The translations under genes and the position numbers were made by a program. Positions 10,549 through 18,951 of a stretch of DNA of 64,000 nucleotides are shown piece by piece; position 1 is the first letter of the stretch, and each line of letters begins with the position of its first letter. The notes under the pieces are model-generated. The model was not told the origin of the DNA. It did no database searches and worked only from the letters and a program-made list of their open reading frames with translations. Source of the stretch: Hyalangium minutum (GTDB lineage Bacteria > Myxococcota > Myxococcia > Myxococcales > Myxococcaceae); assembly GCF_000737315.1 (NCBI RefSeq), contig NZ_JMCB01000015.1, positions 124,001 through 188,000 of the forward strand, in the 5' to 3' direction.

Positions 10549-11118
10549 TTAGCGCAGTCGGGCCAGCCCCGCGAGGTCGATGCCACGCGCCACCCGCCGA
10601 ACCTCCACGGTGCCGGGGAAGCCGCGGCTCGTCACCGCCACCACATAGCGGTCGCCCACCAGCAGGTTCGCCTCGGCCGTCACCTCGGACGGGTCGTACC
10701 GCACGAAGCCCACTGCCGCATCCCAGAAGATGGGGGCCGTCGGGTCACTCTCCGGCTTGCGCTTGGCGTCCTCGGCGGCCGCACGGATGGACTTGGCGAT
10801 CTTTCCTCCCAGCGTGGTGTCTACGATGCGCACCTTCACCTCGCGGTCCTCACCTCGGATAAAGGTCCGCTCGGCCTCGCTGATGGAGACCTCACCGTAT
10901 TTACCGGTGGAGCCCTCAGTCCCGCTGTGGGTGAAGCCCTCCAGCTTCTCGGGAAGGAAGGGGGCCAGGTCCTTGAAGTAGATGGTGGGCAGCGGGGCGG
11001 CGGCCTCGGCTGCGGCCTCGGGGGTGCCCTCGGCGGGGGTGCGGCTGTCCGATGAACAACCCAGGCCCGGACAGAGGGCGAGCACCAGCAGGGTCAGAAG
11101 GGATTTGATTTCGCGCAC
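10549..11118 (-). CDS. Hypothetical lipoprotein
   Basis: Hydrophobic stretch with PGLGC lipobox. Probable GTG start at 11118. Confidence 0.65.
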   Translation of the reverse strand: MREIKSLLTLLVLALCPGLGCSSDSRTPAEGTPEAAAEAAAPLPTIYFKDLAPFLPEKLEGFTHSGTEGSTGKYGEVSISEAERTFIRGEDREVKVRIVDTTLGGKIAKSIRAAAEDAKRKPESDPTAPIFWDAAVGFVRYDPSEVTAEANLLVGDRYVVAVTSRGFPGTVEVRRVARGIDLAGLARLR

Positions 11119-11153
11119 GGGACCGATCAAAAGGTATCCCCGCGCGGCGCGCA

Positions 11154-13232
11154 ATGGACCTCTCGAAGCTCAACCCCCCACAGCGCGAAGCGGTGACGAC
11201 GCTCGAGGGCCCCCTGCTCGTGCTGGCGGGGGCCGGCAGCGGGAAGACGCGCGTGATCACCCACCGCATCGTCCACCTGCTCAACGAGCGGCCGTTCGGC
11301 GCCTCGGCGCGCAACATCCTGGCCGTCACCTTCACCAACAAGGCCGCCACGGAGATGAAGGAGCGGCTGGTGAAGATGGCGGGGCCGCGCGCACAGGGTG
11401 TCCTGGTGTGCACCTTCCACGCCTTTGGTGCGGAGATGCTGCGCGAGGACGTCCACCGGCTGGGGTGGCCCAAGAAGTTCGCTATCGCGGACATGGGGGA
11501 TCAGCTGTCGCTCATCCGCCGGGCGATGCGGGACCACAAGGTGGATGACCGGGCGTTCGACGCGCGCAAGGTGCTGACGCTCATCTCCAAGGCGAAGAAC
11601 TCGGGGCAGCCGCCGTCGCCCAAGCCCGAGGGGATAGGGGACGACTACGATCTGATCACCCACCTCGTGTACCCGAGCTACCAGCTGGCGCTGAAGGCGC
11701 AGGGCTCGGTGGACTTTGACGACTTGCTGGTGTTGCCAGCGCGTCTGCTGCGCGAGCACGAGGACTTGAAGGCGAAGTACACGCGGCGCTTCCGCTACCT
11801 GCTGGTGGATGAGTTCCAGGACACGAACCTGGCGCAGATGGACCTGCTGCGGCTGCTGACGGGCGAGTCGATGAACGTCTGCGCGGTGGGGGACGACGAC
11901 CAGGCCATCTACAGCTGGCGTGGCGCGGAGGTGAAGAACATCCTCCAGTTCGACACGTACTTCCCGGGGACGAAGGAAGTGCGGCTGGAGCAGAACTACC
12001 GCTCGATGCAGGTGGTGCTGGACGCGGCCAACGCGGTGATCGCGAAGAACCCGGAGCGCAAGCCCAAGCGGATGTGGACGGATCGGGCCGGTGGCGCCCG
12101 CATCCGGGTGGTCAAGTGCCCCAACGACGAGGAGGAGGCGCGCTACGTCGCCCGGGAGATCGAGAAGCACATCGCCCACGGGATTCCGGCGGATGACATC
12201 GCGGTGCTGTACCGGACGAACGGGCAGGCACGGCCGGTGGAGGAGGCGCTGCGGGAGAAGGGGATTGGCTACGAGGTGGTGGGTGGCAGCGAGTTCTTCG
12301 ACCGGAGCGAGGTGAAGGACGTCATCGCCTACTTCAAGGTGATCGCGAACCCGAAGGACGAGGTGAGCCTGCTGCGGATCGTCAACGTGCCGGCGCGAGG
12401 CATCGGGGACGTGACGATGGAGCGGCTGCACACGCACGCGCGGGGGCAAGGGGTGTCGCTCTGGGAGGCGATGGAGCGCAGCGAGGGGTACGAGGATCTG
12501 CCCACGGGGGCGGGGGCGAAGGTGCGCGAGTTCCTGCGGATGATCGAGCGCTACCGGGGGCTGTTCGAGGGCGGGAACCTGGCGCACGTGACGCGCAACC
12601 TGCTGGAGGAGATCGGCTTCAAGGAGGCGGCGCGGGCGAAGGCGGTGTCGGTGAGCTCGGGGGACAAGAAGGTGAAGTCGGTGGAGCAGGTGCTCACCTC
12701 GCTGGAGAACTTCGAGAAGCGCGAGGGCCCCAAGGCGAGCCTGCTCACCTACCTGAACCGGCTGAGCCTGGACACGCGGCAGGAGGAGGACGAGGACGAA
12801 CTCCCGGGCGGAAACCGGCGGGTGACGCTGATGACGGTACACTCCTCGAAGGGGCTTGAGTACCGGCTGGTCTTCTTCATTGGGATGGAGGAGGACCTGA
12901 TGCCGCACAAGGGCATGCAGGGTGAGCCCCAGAACCTGGAGGAGGAGCGCCGGCTCTGCTACGTGGGCATCACCCGGGCGAAGGAGCATCTGTACCTGAC
13001 GCGTGCGGCCATCCGGGTGAAGCGGGGGAAGGACGTGCCGTGTACACCCTCGCGGTTCCTGGAGGACCTGCCCCCGGAGACGGTGGAGCTGATCGACCTG
13101 GAGGCCCCTCGGACGGGGGCTCCCACGGTGGAAGAGAAGAACTTCTTCGCCAACCTGAAAGAGCGCTTCAAGGCCAAGGGACCAGGCGGGGGCCCGGCTC
13201 CTGGAACTCCTGGGGGACCCCGGGGAAGCTGA
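11154..13232 (+). CDS. ATP-dependent DNA helicase, UvrD/PcrA/Rep family
   Basis: LAGAGSGKT, VTFTNKAA, VDEFQDTN, VGDDDQAIY, LEQNYRS, TVHSSKGLEY and EERRLCYVGITRA. Confidence 0.96.
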   Translation: MDLSKLNPPQREAVTTLEGPLLVLAGAGSGKTRVITHRIVHLLNERPFGASARNILAVTFTNKAATEMKERLVKMAGPRAQGVLVCTFHAFGAEMLREDVHRLGWPKKFAIADMGDQLSLIRRAMRDHKVDDRAFDARKVLTLISKAKNSGQPPSPKPEGIGDDYDLITHLVYPSYQLALKAQGSVDFDDLLVLPARLLREHEDLKAKYTRRFRYLLVDEFQDTNLAQMDLLRLLTGESMNVCAVGDDDQAIYSWRGAEVKNILQFDTYFPGTKEVRLEQNYRSMQVVLDAANAVIAKNPERKPKRMWTDRAGGARIRVVKCPNDEEEARYVAREIEKHIAHGIPADDIAVLYRTNGQARPVEEALREKGIGYEVVGGSEFFDRSEVKDVIAYFKVIANPKDEVSLLRIVNVPARGIGDVTMERLHTHARGQGVSLWEAMERSEGYEDLPTGAGAKVREFLRMIERYRGLFEGGNLAHVTRNLLEEIGFKEAARAKAVSVSSGDKKVKSVEQVLTSLENFEKREGPKASLLTYLNRLSLDTRQEEDEDELPGGNRRVTLMTVHSSKGLEYRLVFFIGMEEDLMPHKGMQGEPQNLEEERRLCYVGITRAKEHLYLTRAAIRVKRGKDVPCTPSRFLEDLPPETVELIDLEAPRTGAPTVEEKNFFANLKERFKAKGPGGGPAPGTPGGPRGS

Positions 13233-13268
13233 TCCGTGGGGTTTGTGGCCCCGGGGCGCGGCACGGTC

Positions 13269-13297
13269 TTGACTTACCCCCCGGAGCCTCCTAAGAG
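13269..13297 (+). promoter_or_regulatory. Putative sigma70 promoter of rplM-rpsI
   Basis: TTGACT-N17-TAAGAG, about 115 nt upstream of rplM. Confidence 0.55.
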
Positions 13298-13411
13298 GGT
13301 CGGCCTTTCCGGGCTGAACCCTGGAGTATTCAGGGCAGACCCGTGGTTGGTTCGACTATGTCAGGCGGCTCGCGCAGGCGGGCGCCGCAGCAGAGTTTTG
13401 GAGTGCACACA

Positions 13412-13858
13412 ATGTCGCAGAGTACGTACAGCGCGAAAGCAGGGGACATCAAGCGCGAGTGGCACCTGGTGGATGTCTCGGACAAGGTCCTGGGCCGCGC
13501 CGCTAGCCAGATCGCCACGCTGCTGAAGGGCAAGCACAAGCCGACGTACACCCCGTCCATCGACACGGGGGACCACGTCGTCGTCATCAACGCCTCCAAG
13601 GTGAAGGTGACGGGGACGAAGGAGAAGGACAAGATGTACTACCGCCACCCGCGGGCCGGTTTCCCGGGTGCGCTGAAGATCACCAACCTCGAGAAGCTGC
13701 GTTCGCGGCACCCTGAGGACATCATCATCAACGCCGTGCGCCGCATGCTTCCGCGCAACGCGCTGGGCCGCCAGATGATGACGAAGCTCAAGGTCTACGC
13801 AGGCGACACCCACCCCCACGCCGCGCAGAAGCCTGCCGCGCGCGAGGTCGAGGCGTAA
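13412..13858 (+). CDS. rplM: 50S ribosomal protein L13
   Basis: [39 protein letters not shown] and [17 protein letters not shown]. Confidence 0.98.
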   Translation: MSQSTYSAKAGDIKREWHLVDVSDKVLGRAASQIATLLKGKHKPTYTPSIDTGDHVVVINASKVKVTGTKEKDKMYYRHPRAGFPGALKITNLEKLRSRHPEDIIINAVRRMLPRNALGRQMMTKLKVYAGDTHPHAAQKPAAREVEA

Positions 13859-13893
13859 ACCCTTCTCCCCCTTTCTGAAGAGAGCAGAACCCC

Positions 13894-14295
13894 ATGCCTA
13901 TCAATCCTGAGAATGGTTTCTACGCCACCGGCCGCCGCAAGGAGGCCACCGCCCGCGTGTGGCTGAAGGCCGGTGACGGCTCCGTGACGATCAACGGCCG
14001 CGACATCAACAACTACTTCGGCCGCGAGACCTCCAAGATGGTGCTGTTCCAGCCGCTGGAGATCCTCGAGCAGAAGGGCAAGATCGACCTGACCGTGAAC
14101 GTGAAGGGCGGCGGTCTGTCGGGCCAGGCGGGCGCCATCCGCCACGGCATCGCCCGCGCGCTGTGCGCCTTCAACCCGGAGTTCCGTCCGATGCTGAAGA
14201 AGGCCGGCTTCCTGACCCGCGATGCTCGCGCGGTCGAGCGCAAGAAGTACGGTCAGCCGGGCGCGCGCCGCCGGTTCCAGTTCTCCAAGCGCTAG
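13894..14295 (+). CDS. rpsI: 30S ribosomal protein S9
   Basis: [34 protein letters not shown] and [19 protein letters not shown]. Confidence 0.98.
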   Translation: MPINPENGFYATGRRKEATARVWLKAGDGSVTINGRDINNYFGRETSKMVLFQPLEILEQKGKIDLTVNVKGGGLSGQAGAIRHGIARALCAFNPEFRPMLKKAGFLTRDARAVERKKYGQPGARRRFQFSKR

Positions 14296-14322
14296 CCTGT
14301 CTGCTCCTCAGTGGAGCAACCC

Positions 14323-14364
14323 ACGGCGGGGGTTCCCTTCAGGGAGCCTCCGCCGTTGTCTTTT
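14323..14364 (+). terminator. Rho-independent terminator of rplM-rpsI
   Basis: About 15-bp stem ACGGCGGGGGTTCCCT/AGGGAGCCTCCGCCGT with G-U pairs, followed by TGTCTTTT. Confidence 0.8.
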
Positions 14365-14380
14365 GTGCCGAGGGGGGATC

Positions 14381-14409
14381 TTCGCCCTGCGTTGGGGCGG
14401 TGCTAGCAT
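14381..14409 (+). promoter_or_regulatory. Putative extended -10 promoter of the pilT-like gene
   Basis: TTCGCC-N17-TAGCAT with TG at -15/-14, 12 nt before the ATG. No SD is visible. Confidence 0.45.
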
Positions 14410-14421
14410 TCGGGCCTGACC

Positions 14422-15783
14422 ATGGAACTCAACGAGATTCTTCAGATCGCACTTCGAGGCGGCGCCTCGGATATTCACTTGAAGGCCGGACTTCCGCCCA
14501 TGTTCCGCGTGGATGGCTCCCTCGTGCCTCTGAAGGACGGCAAGCGTCTGCCGCCGGAGGAAGTGGCGCGCATGGCGTTCGGCATCATGAACGAGTTCCA
14601 GAAGGAGAAGTTCAAGGCCAGCAACGAAGTGGACCTGGCGTACGGAGTTCCGGGCCTGGGCCGCTTCCGCGTGAACATCTTCCAGCAGCGCGGCACCATC
14701 GGCGCCGTGCTCCGCGTCATCCCCTTCAAGGTGATGACCATCAAGGACCTGCTGCTGCCGCCCATCCTCGAGAAGATTGTGGGTGAGGAGCGCGGTCTCG
14801 TCCTCGTCACGGGGACGACGGGTTCGGGTAAGTCCACGACGCTCGCGGCGATGATCGATCACATCAACGCGAACGAGACCAACCACATCATGACGGTGGA
14901 GGACCCGATCGAGTTCCTCATCCGCGACAAGCGCTCGATCATCAACCAGCGCGAGGTGGGTGTGGACACGCTGTCGTTCTCGCAGGCGCTGAAGAGCGCG
15001 CTGCGCCAGGACCCGGACGTCATTCTCGTGGGCGAAATGCGTGACTACGAGACCATTGAAACGGCGCTCCACGCGGCGGAAACGGGCCACTTGGTGATGT
15101 CGACGCTGCACACGCTGGACGCGACGGAGACGATCAACCGCATCGTGTCGGCGTTCCCTCCGCACCAGCAGAAGCAGGTGCGCTTGCAGCTGGCGTCGGT
15201 GCTCAAGGCGGTGGTGAGCCAGCGTCTGATTCCGCGCGCGGACGGCAAGGGCCGTGTGGCGGCGGTGGAAGTGCTGCGCGTGACGGCGCGCGTGCGCGAG
15301 CTCATCGAGGACAAGGACCGCACGAAGGAGATCCACGACGCGATTGCGCAGGGCTTCGACACGTACGGGATGCAGACGTTCGACCAGTCGCTGATGGGGC
15401 TGGTGCGCAACGGGCTGGTGTCCTACGAGGAGGCGCACCGGCAGGCGACGAACCCGGACGACTTCGCGCTGCGGTTCTCGGGCATCAGCGGGACGGCGGA
15501 CTCGAAGTGGGACAACTTCGACGGCAAGGCGGGCGAGTCCCGTCCGGTGCCGGGCACGGCGCAGTTCGCGCAGAAGGGCCAGCCGGGTGCCGGCGCGGCT
15601 CCGGCGGCGGGAGCGCGGCCGGGAGTGCCGGCGACTCCGGCTCCGGGTGGAGCGCGTCCTCCGCCTCCTCCGCCTCAGGCGGCGGGTGGAGCGGCTCGTC
15701 CTCCGGCCGCGGGTGGAGCGCGTCCTCCGCCTCCGCCTCCGGGCGCGGGCGGTGACGACGACTTCAGCATCGAGCGGTTCTGA
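14422..15783 (+). CDS. PilT/PilU-family type IV pilus ATPase paralogue with Pro/Gly/Ala-rich C-tail
   Basis: ASDIHL, Walker A GTTGSGKSTT, EDPIEF, ALRQDPDVILVGEMRD and GHLVMSTLHT. The canonical AIRNLIRE motif is replaced by RVRELIED. Confidence 0.92.
   Translation: MELNEILQIALRGGASDIHLKAGLPPMFRVDGSLVPLKDGKRLPPEEVARMAFGIMNEFQKEKFKASNEVDLAYGVPGLGRFRVNIFQQRGTIGAVLRVIPFKVMTIKDLLLPPILEKIVGEERGLVLVTGTTGSGKSTTLAAMIDHINANETNHIMTVEDPIEFLIRDKRSIINQREVGVDTLSFSQALKSALRQDPDVILVGEMRDYETIETALHAAETGHLVMSTLHTLDATETINRIVSAFPPHQQKQVRLQLASVLKAVVSQRLIPRADGKGRVAAVEVLRVTARVRELIEDKDRTKEIHDAIAQGFDTYGMQTFDQSLMGLVRNGLVSYEEAHRQATNPDDFALRFSGISGTADSKWDNFDGKAGESRPVPGTAQFAQKGQPGAGAAPAAGARPGVPATPAPGGARPPPPPPQAAGGAARPPAAGGARPPPPPPGAGGDDDFSIERF
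15645..15734 (+). repeat. Intragenic direct repeat encoding GGARPPPP in the PilT-like tail
   Basis: GGGTGGAGCGCGTCCTCCGCCTCC at 15645-15668 and 15711-15734, with a degenerate copy in between. Confidence 0.75.
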
Positions 15784-15898
15784 GCCGTGAGAGCAGTGCC
15801 CGCCCTTACGCGTCAGGGCGGGGTGGCGGCGGTGGCCCTCCCAGAACGGTCGAGGGCCCCAGCTGCCAAAGCTTCGAGCCAAAACAAGCCATCGAATA

Positions 15899-15923
15899 GG
15901 TTTGCCAGCTTAAGTGGCAAACC
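15899..15923. promoter_or_regulatory. Inverted repeat (candidate operator) upstream of the dipeptidase-like gene
   Basis: GGTTTGCCA-GCTTAAG-TGGCAAACC, with perfect 9-bp arms in an AT-richer intergenic patch. Confidence 0.5.
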
Positions 15924-15991
15924 TTGAAAAAGCGGCCGAAGTTTGAGACTTCCGCGTGCGGCGCTTTCCACGCCATGTGAAGGAGCACCGC

Positions 15992-18040
15992 ATGCGGAGA
16001 CTGACTGGCCTTGTCCCCTGGAGTTGTCTGACCCTCTCATTCGCCTCGGTGTTGGCGCTGAGCCAGGGCTGCAACCCGGTGACAGAGGATGAACTGCAGG
16101 ACTCGGCTTCGCTCGAGGCCCCCACGGGAGAAGTGGCGCAGCAGGTGGCGGTGCCGGGCTTCGCGGAGCTGCACCACCACATGTTCGCGGAGGAGGCCTT
16201 TGGCGGCGGCTGGTTCCACGGCAGCCACACCGGCACGTTGGTGAGCTGCGACGGTGGCGCGCCCGAGAGTGATCATGCGCGCGTCCGCATGGACCTGAGC
16301 AACATGCTCAACCTCTGCCCCAACTCGGGGAGCGTGAACCTGAGCGGCGTGCCCATCCTCTCGGCGTTCTTTGGGGTGGGCGGTGCGGCGGCCTCGGAGT
16401 TCATCGGGAAGATCGAGGGCACGGAGGGCGACACGGGCCTGCACCTGGGGCGCATGAACGTGCCGAACGAGTGGCCGCGCTGGGACACGATCGCGCACCA
16501 GCAGGCGTGGGAGGGCTCGCTGCAGAAGGCGTATCAGGGGGGCCTGTCGCTGGTGACCATCTCCCTGGTGAGCAACGAGTTCCTCTGCAAGGCGCTGCCG
16601 TACCAGAACCTCAAGCGTCCGTGTGACGAGATGGTGGACGTGGACGTGCAGCTGCAGATGGCGCGGGACTTCGACGCGCGGACGTCGTGGGCGGAGATTG
16701 CGCTGTCTCCGGCGCATGCGCGGCAGATCATCGCGTCGGGCAAGCTGGCGATGGTGCTGTCCATCGAGTCGAGCAAGCTGTTCGGGACGAAGGACTGGCG
16801 AGCGGAGCTGAGCCGGGTGTACTCGCTGGGGGTGCGCTCGTTGCAGCCGGTGCACCAGCTGGACAACCGGTTTGGCGGGGCGGCGCCGCACAACGCCATC
16901 TTCCAGGCGGCGCAGTTCCTGGAGAACTGCCACATCGACACGGACTGCGGGCTGACGGGGAACGGCTTCACGCTGGGGTTCGACGTGGACTCGAGCTGCC
17001 GCAACGTGAAGGGACTGACGGCGGATGGGAAGTCGCTGGTGCAGGAGATGATGGCGCGCGGCATGCTCATCGACGTGGCGCACATGTCCGAGCGGAGCGT
17101 GCAGGACACGTTCGTGCTGTCGCAGGCAAACACGTACTACCCGCTGTACATCTCGCACGGGCACTTCCGGGAGGTGATGAACCCGGAACTGGCGGCGACG
17201 GAGAAGACGACGCCGTCGTGGGTGGTGAAGTACCTGCGGCAGACGGGCGGCATGTTCGGTCTGCGCACGGCGCATGACGAGACGCGGACGTACACGAAGA
17301 CGACGGTGGCGAACAGCTGCCACGGGTCGACGCGCTCGCTGGCGCAGGCGTACGAGTACGGCCGCCAGGGCCTGAAGGTGCCGATGGGGTTTGGCGCGGA
17401 CCTGAACGGGTTCATCCAGCAGGTGCGGCCGCGGTTCGGGAACTACGGGGCATGCTCGGCGGGGTTCCGTGCGGAGGCGGACGCGCAGATGAACCAGCAG
17501 CGGCAGACGGGTCCGGCGCGGCTGGGGACGGACTTCGACGTGTACGGCCTGGCGCATGTGGGGCTGCTGCCGGACGTGGTGAGGGACCTGAAGAACCTGG
17601 GGGTGAACACGACGGGGCTGGAGGGCTCGGCGGAGAAGTTCATCCAGATGTGGGAGCGTGCGAACAGCGCGCGCACGGGGATGGCGGATGCGGCGCTGGA
17701 CATCGACACGAGCGGAGTGGCGGCGTACGTGCCGAAGGCGACGCGCGAGGCGCAGTACCCGATGACGTGTGGCAAGTCTTACGCGCCGAACTCGAAGCTG
17801 ATCGGAGACACGTGCCGCTTCAACGCGGAGTGCGTGAGCGGGGCGTGCAACGCCATTGATGGCTGCAGCGGGCTGAACGGCACGTGCATCTGCGACGGGG
17901 ACAACGATTGCACGACGACGCAGTACTGCGGCTGGGGCTTGAACGCAGGCACCTGCCAGAACAAGAAGGCGCGAGGCGCGCTGTGCTCCGCGGGCCGCGA
18001 GTGCCTCTCGGGCAAGTGCAGTTGGCTGATGTGCACCTGA
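15992..18040 (+). CDS. Lipoprotein of the membrane dipeptidase (M19)/amidohydrolase fold with C-terminal Cys-rich domain
   Basis: AAGGAG SD and lipobox-like LSQGC. ELHHHM, LQPVHQLDNRFGG, IDVAHMS, YISHG and FGADLNGF. Cys-rich tail CxCDGDNDC...C..GREC.SGKC. Confidence 0.75.
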   Translation: MRRLTGLVPWSCLTLSFASVLALSQGCNPVTEDELQDSASLEAPTGEVAQQVAVPGFAELHHHMFAEEAFGGGWFHGSHTGTLVSCDGGAPESDHARVRMDLSNMLNLCPNSGSVNLSGVPILSAFFGVGGAAASEFIGKIEGTEGDTGLHLGRMNVPNEWPRWDTIAHQQAWEGSLQKAYQGGLSLVTISLVSNEFLCKALPYQNLKRPCDEMVDVDVQLQMARDFDARTSWAEIALSPAHARQIIASGKLAMVLSIESSKLFGTKDWRAELSRVYSLGVRSLQPVHQLDNRFGGAAPHNAIFQAAQFLENCHIDTDCGLTGNGFTLGFDVDSSCRNVKGLTADGKSLVQEMMARGMLIDVAHMSERSVQDTFVLSQANTYYPLYISHGHFREVMNPELAATEKTTPSWVVKYLRQTGGMFGLRTAHDETRTYTKTTVANSCHGSTRSLAQAYEYGRQGLKVPMGFGADLNGFIQQVRPRFGNYGACSAGFRAEADAQMNQQRQTGPARLGTDFDVYGLAHVGLLPDVVRDLKNLGVNTTGLEGSAEKFIQMWERANSARTGMADAALDIDTSGVAAYVPKATREAQYPMTCGKSYAPNSKLIGDTCRFNAECVSGACNAIDGCSGLNGTCICDGDNDCTTTQYCGWGLNAGTCQNKKARGALCSAGRECLSGKCSWLMCT

Positions 18041-18055
18041 GCTGATGCCTCAAGG

Positions 18056-18078
18056 GCGGCGGGTTCGATTCCCGCCGC
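18056..18078 (+). other. Hairpin identical in form to a tRNA/tmRNA T-arm
   Basis: GCGGCGGG-TTCGATT-CCCGCCGC. No acceptor stem or D-arm partner is visible. Confidence 0.45.
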
Positions 18079-18182
18079 GGAGAGAGAGTTCATCTCTGTC
18101 TTCAGCGAGACACGGCGCCCCGGCGCTGACCGCGCCGGAGAGCCGTGCGTTTCAGGGATGCAGCAGCGGGACACCTGGGCGA

Positions 18183-18476
18183 TCAGTTCGCCCGGGACTC
18201 GGTCTGCTGGGTCGCCGGCTTCGCAGTGCTGCAGAGCCGCGAGGACTCATCGCCCTGCCGGGAGGCCTGCTCGTCCTCAGTGGCCGGGGATTCGCAAAAG
18301 CACGTGGTCGTCCAGTTCCCGAAGGAGGTGCACTCCTGGTAACAGTTCGGGTCCGTGGTCCGCGGGCACTGGCGGATGTCCCCCGGGGTGCAGTTGGAAA
18401 GCAGATTCTCCGCCAGCGCCGCCGCAGGCGAGAGCACCATTGCCATGAAGAGACCTGTCATTGCCTTCTTGAACAT
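18183..18476 (-). CDS. Small secreted Cys-rich protein (7 Cys)
   Basis: GGAG SD, signal peptide ending AAALA and a CTPGDIRQC motif. Confidence 0.7.
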   Translation of the reverse strand: MFKKAMTGLFMAMVLSPAAALAENLLSNCTPGDIRQCPRTTDPNCYQECTSFGNWTTTCFCESPATEDEQASRQGDESSRLCSTAKPATQQTESRAN

Positions 18477-18539
18477 ATTCGCTCCTTGTCGATACACGGC
18501 CGGGATTGGCCGTGGTGCTTCTTCATTCGATGTCTGTTT

Positions 18540-18830
18540 TCAGTAGCAGCAGTACTGGCACTCGTTGAAGCTGTCGCAGTCCAGGATGCACTCCGGATCG
18601 CCATTGCAGGCCTCCTTGCACGCATTGATCTTGGCGTAGCAGCGGCTGCACGGCTGGGGGAAACAGGCGGGAATTTCCTCGGAGGGGGCCTGCTGGGGCA
18701 GGGACACCAGCTGCTGGCTGGCGGTGGAGGCATCCGAGGGCACCGGGTTCACCCTGGCTGAAGAGGTGTCACCGGCGTAGGACACACCGATAGAGAGGGT
18801 CATCGCGACCATGAGCAGCATGCGCTTCAT
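18540..18830 (-). CDS. Small secreted Cys-rich protein (10 Cys in last 41 aa)
   Basis: GGAG SD, signal peptide ending VSYA, and C-terminal CFPQPCSRCYAKINACKEACNGDPECILDCDSFNECQYCCY. Confidence 0.72.
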   Translation of the reverse strand: MKRMLLMVAMTLSIGVSYAGDTSSARVNPVPSDASTASQQLVSLPQQAPSEEIPACFPQPCSRCYAKINACKEACNGDPECILDCDSFNECQYCCY

Positions 18831-18951
18831 TTTCGACTCCGTCTTGTAATGGGATGGAGCTGCAACTCAATTCTTCACTGCCGCAAGGAATTGCACTTGC
18901 ACAGGGATGGGTGACGGGCTTCCGTCACTGGGGGCCCTGCTCCCCAAAGGC

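Noticed and set aside
11127-12989. 620-aa minus-strand ORF
   Set aside because: Antisense to the UvrD/PcrA helicase, with Arg/His/Leu-rich shadow composition.
18030-18110. Complete tRNA or tmRNA gene around the T-arm hairpin
   Set aside because: No D-arm, anticodon arm, acceptor pairing or CCA. It is kept only as a fragment hypothesis.
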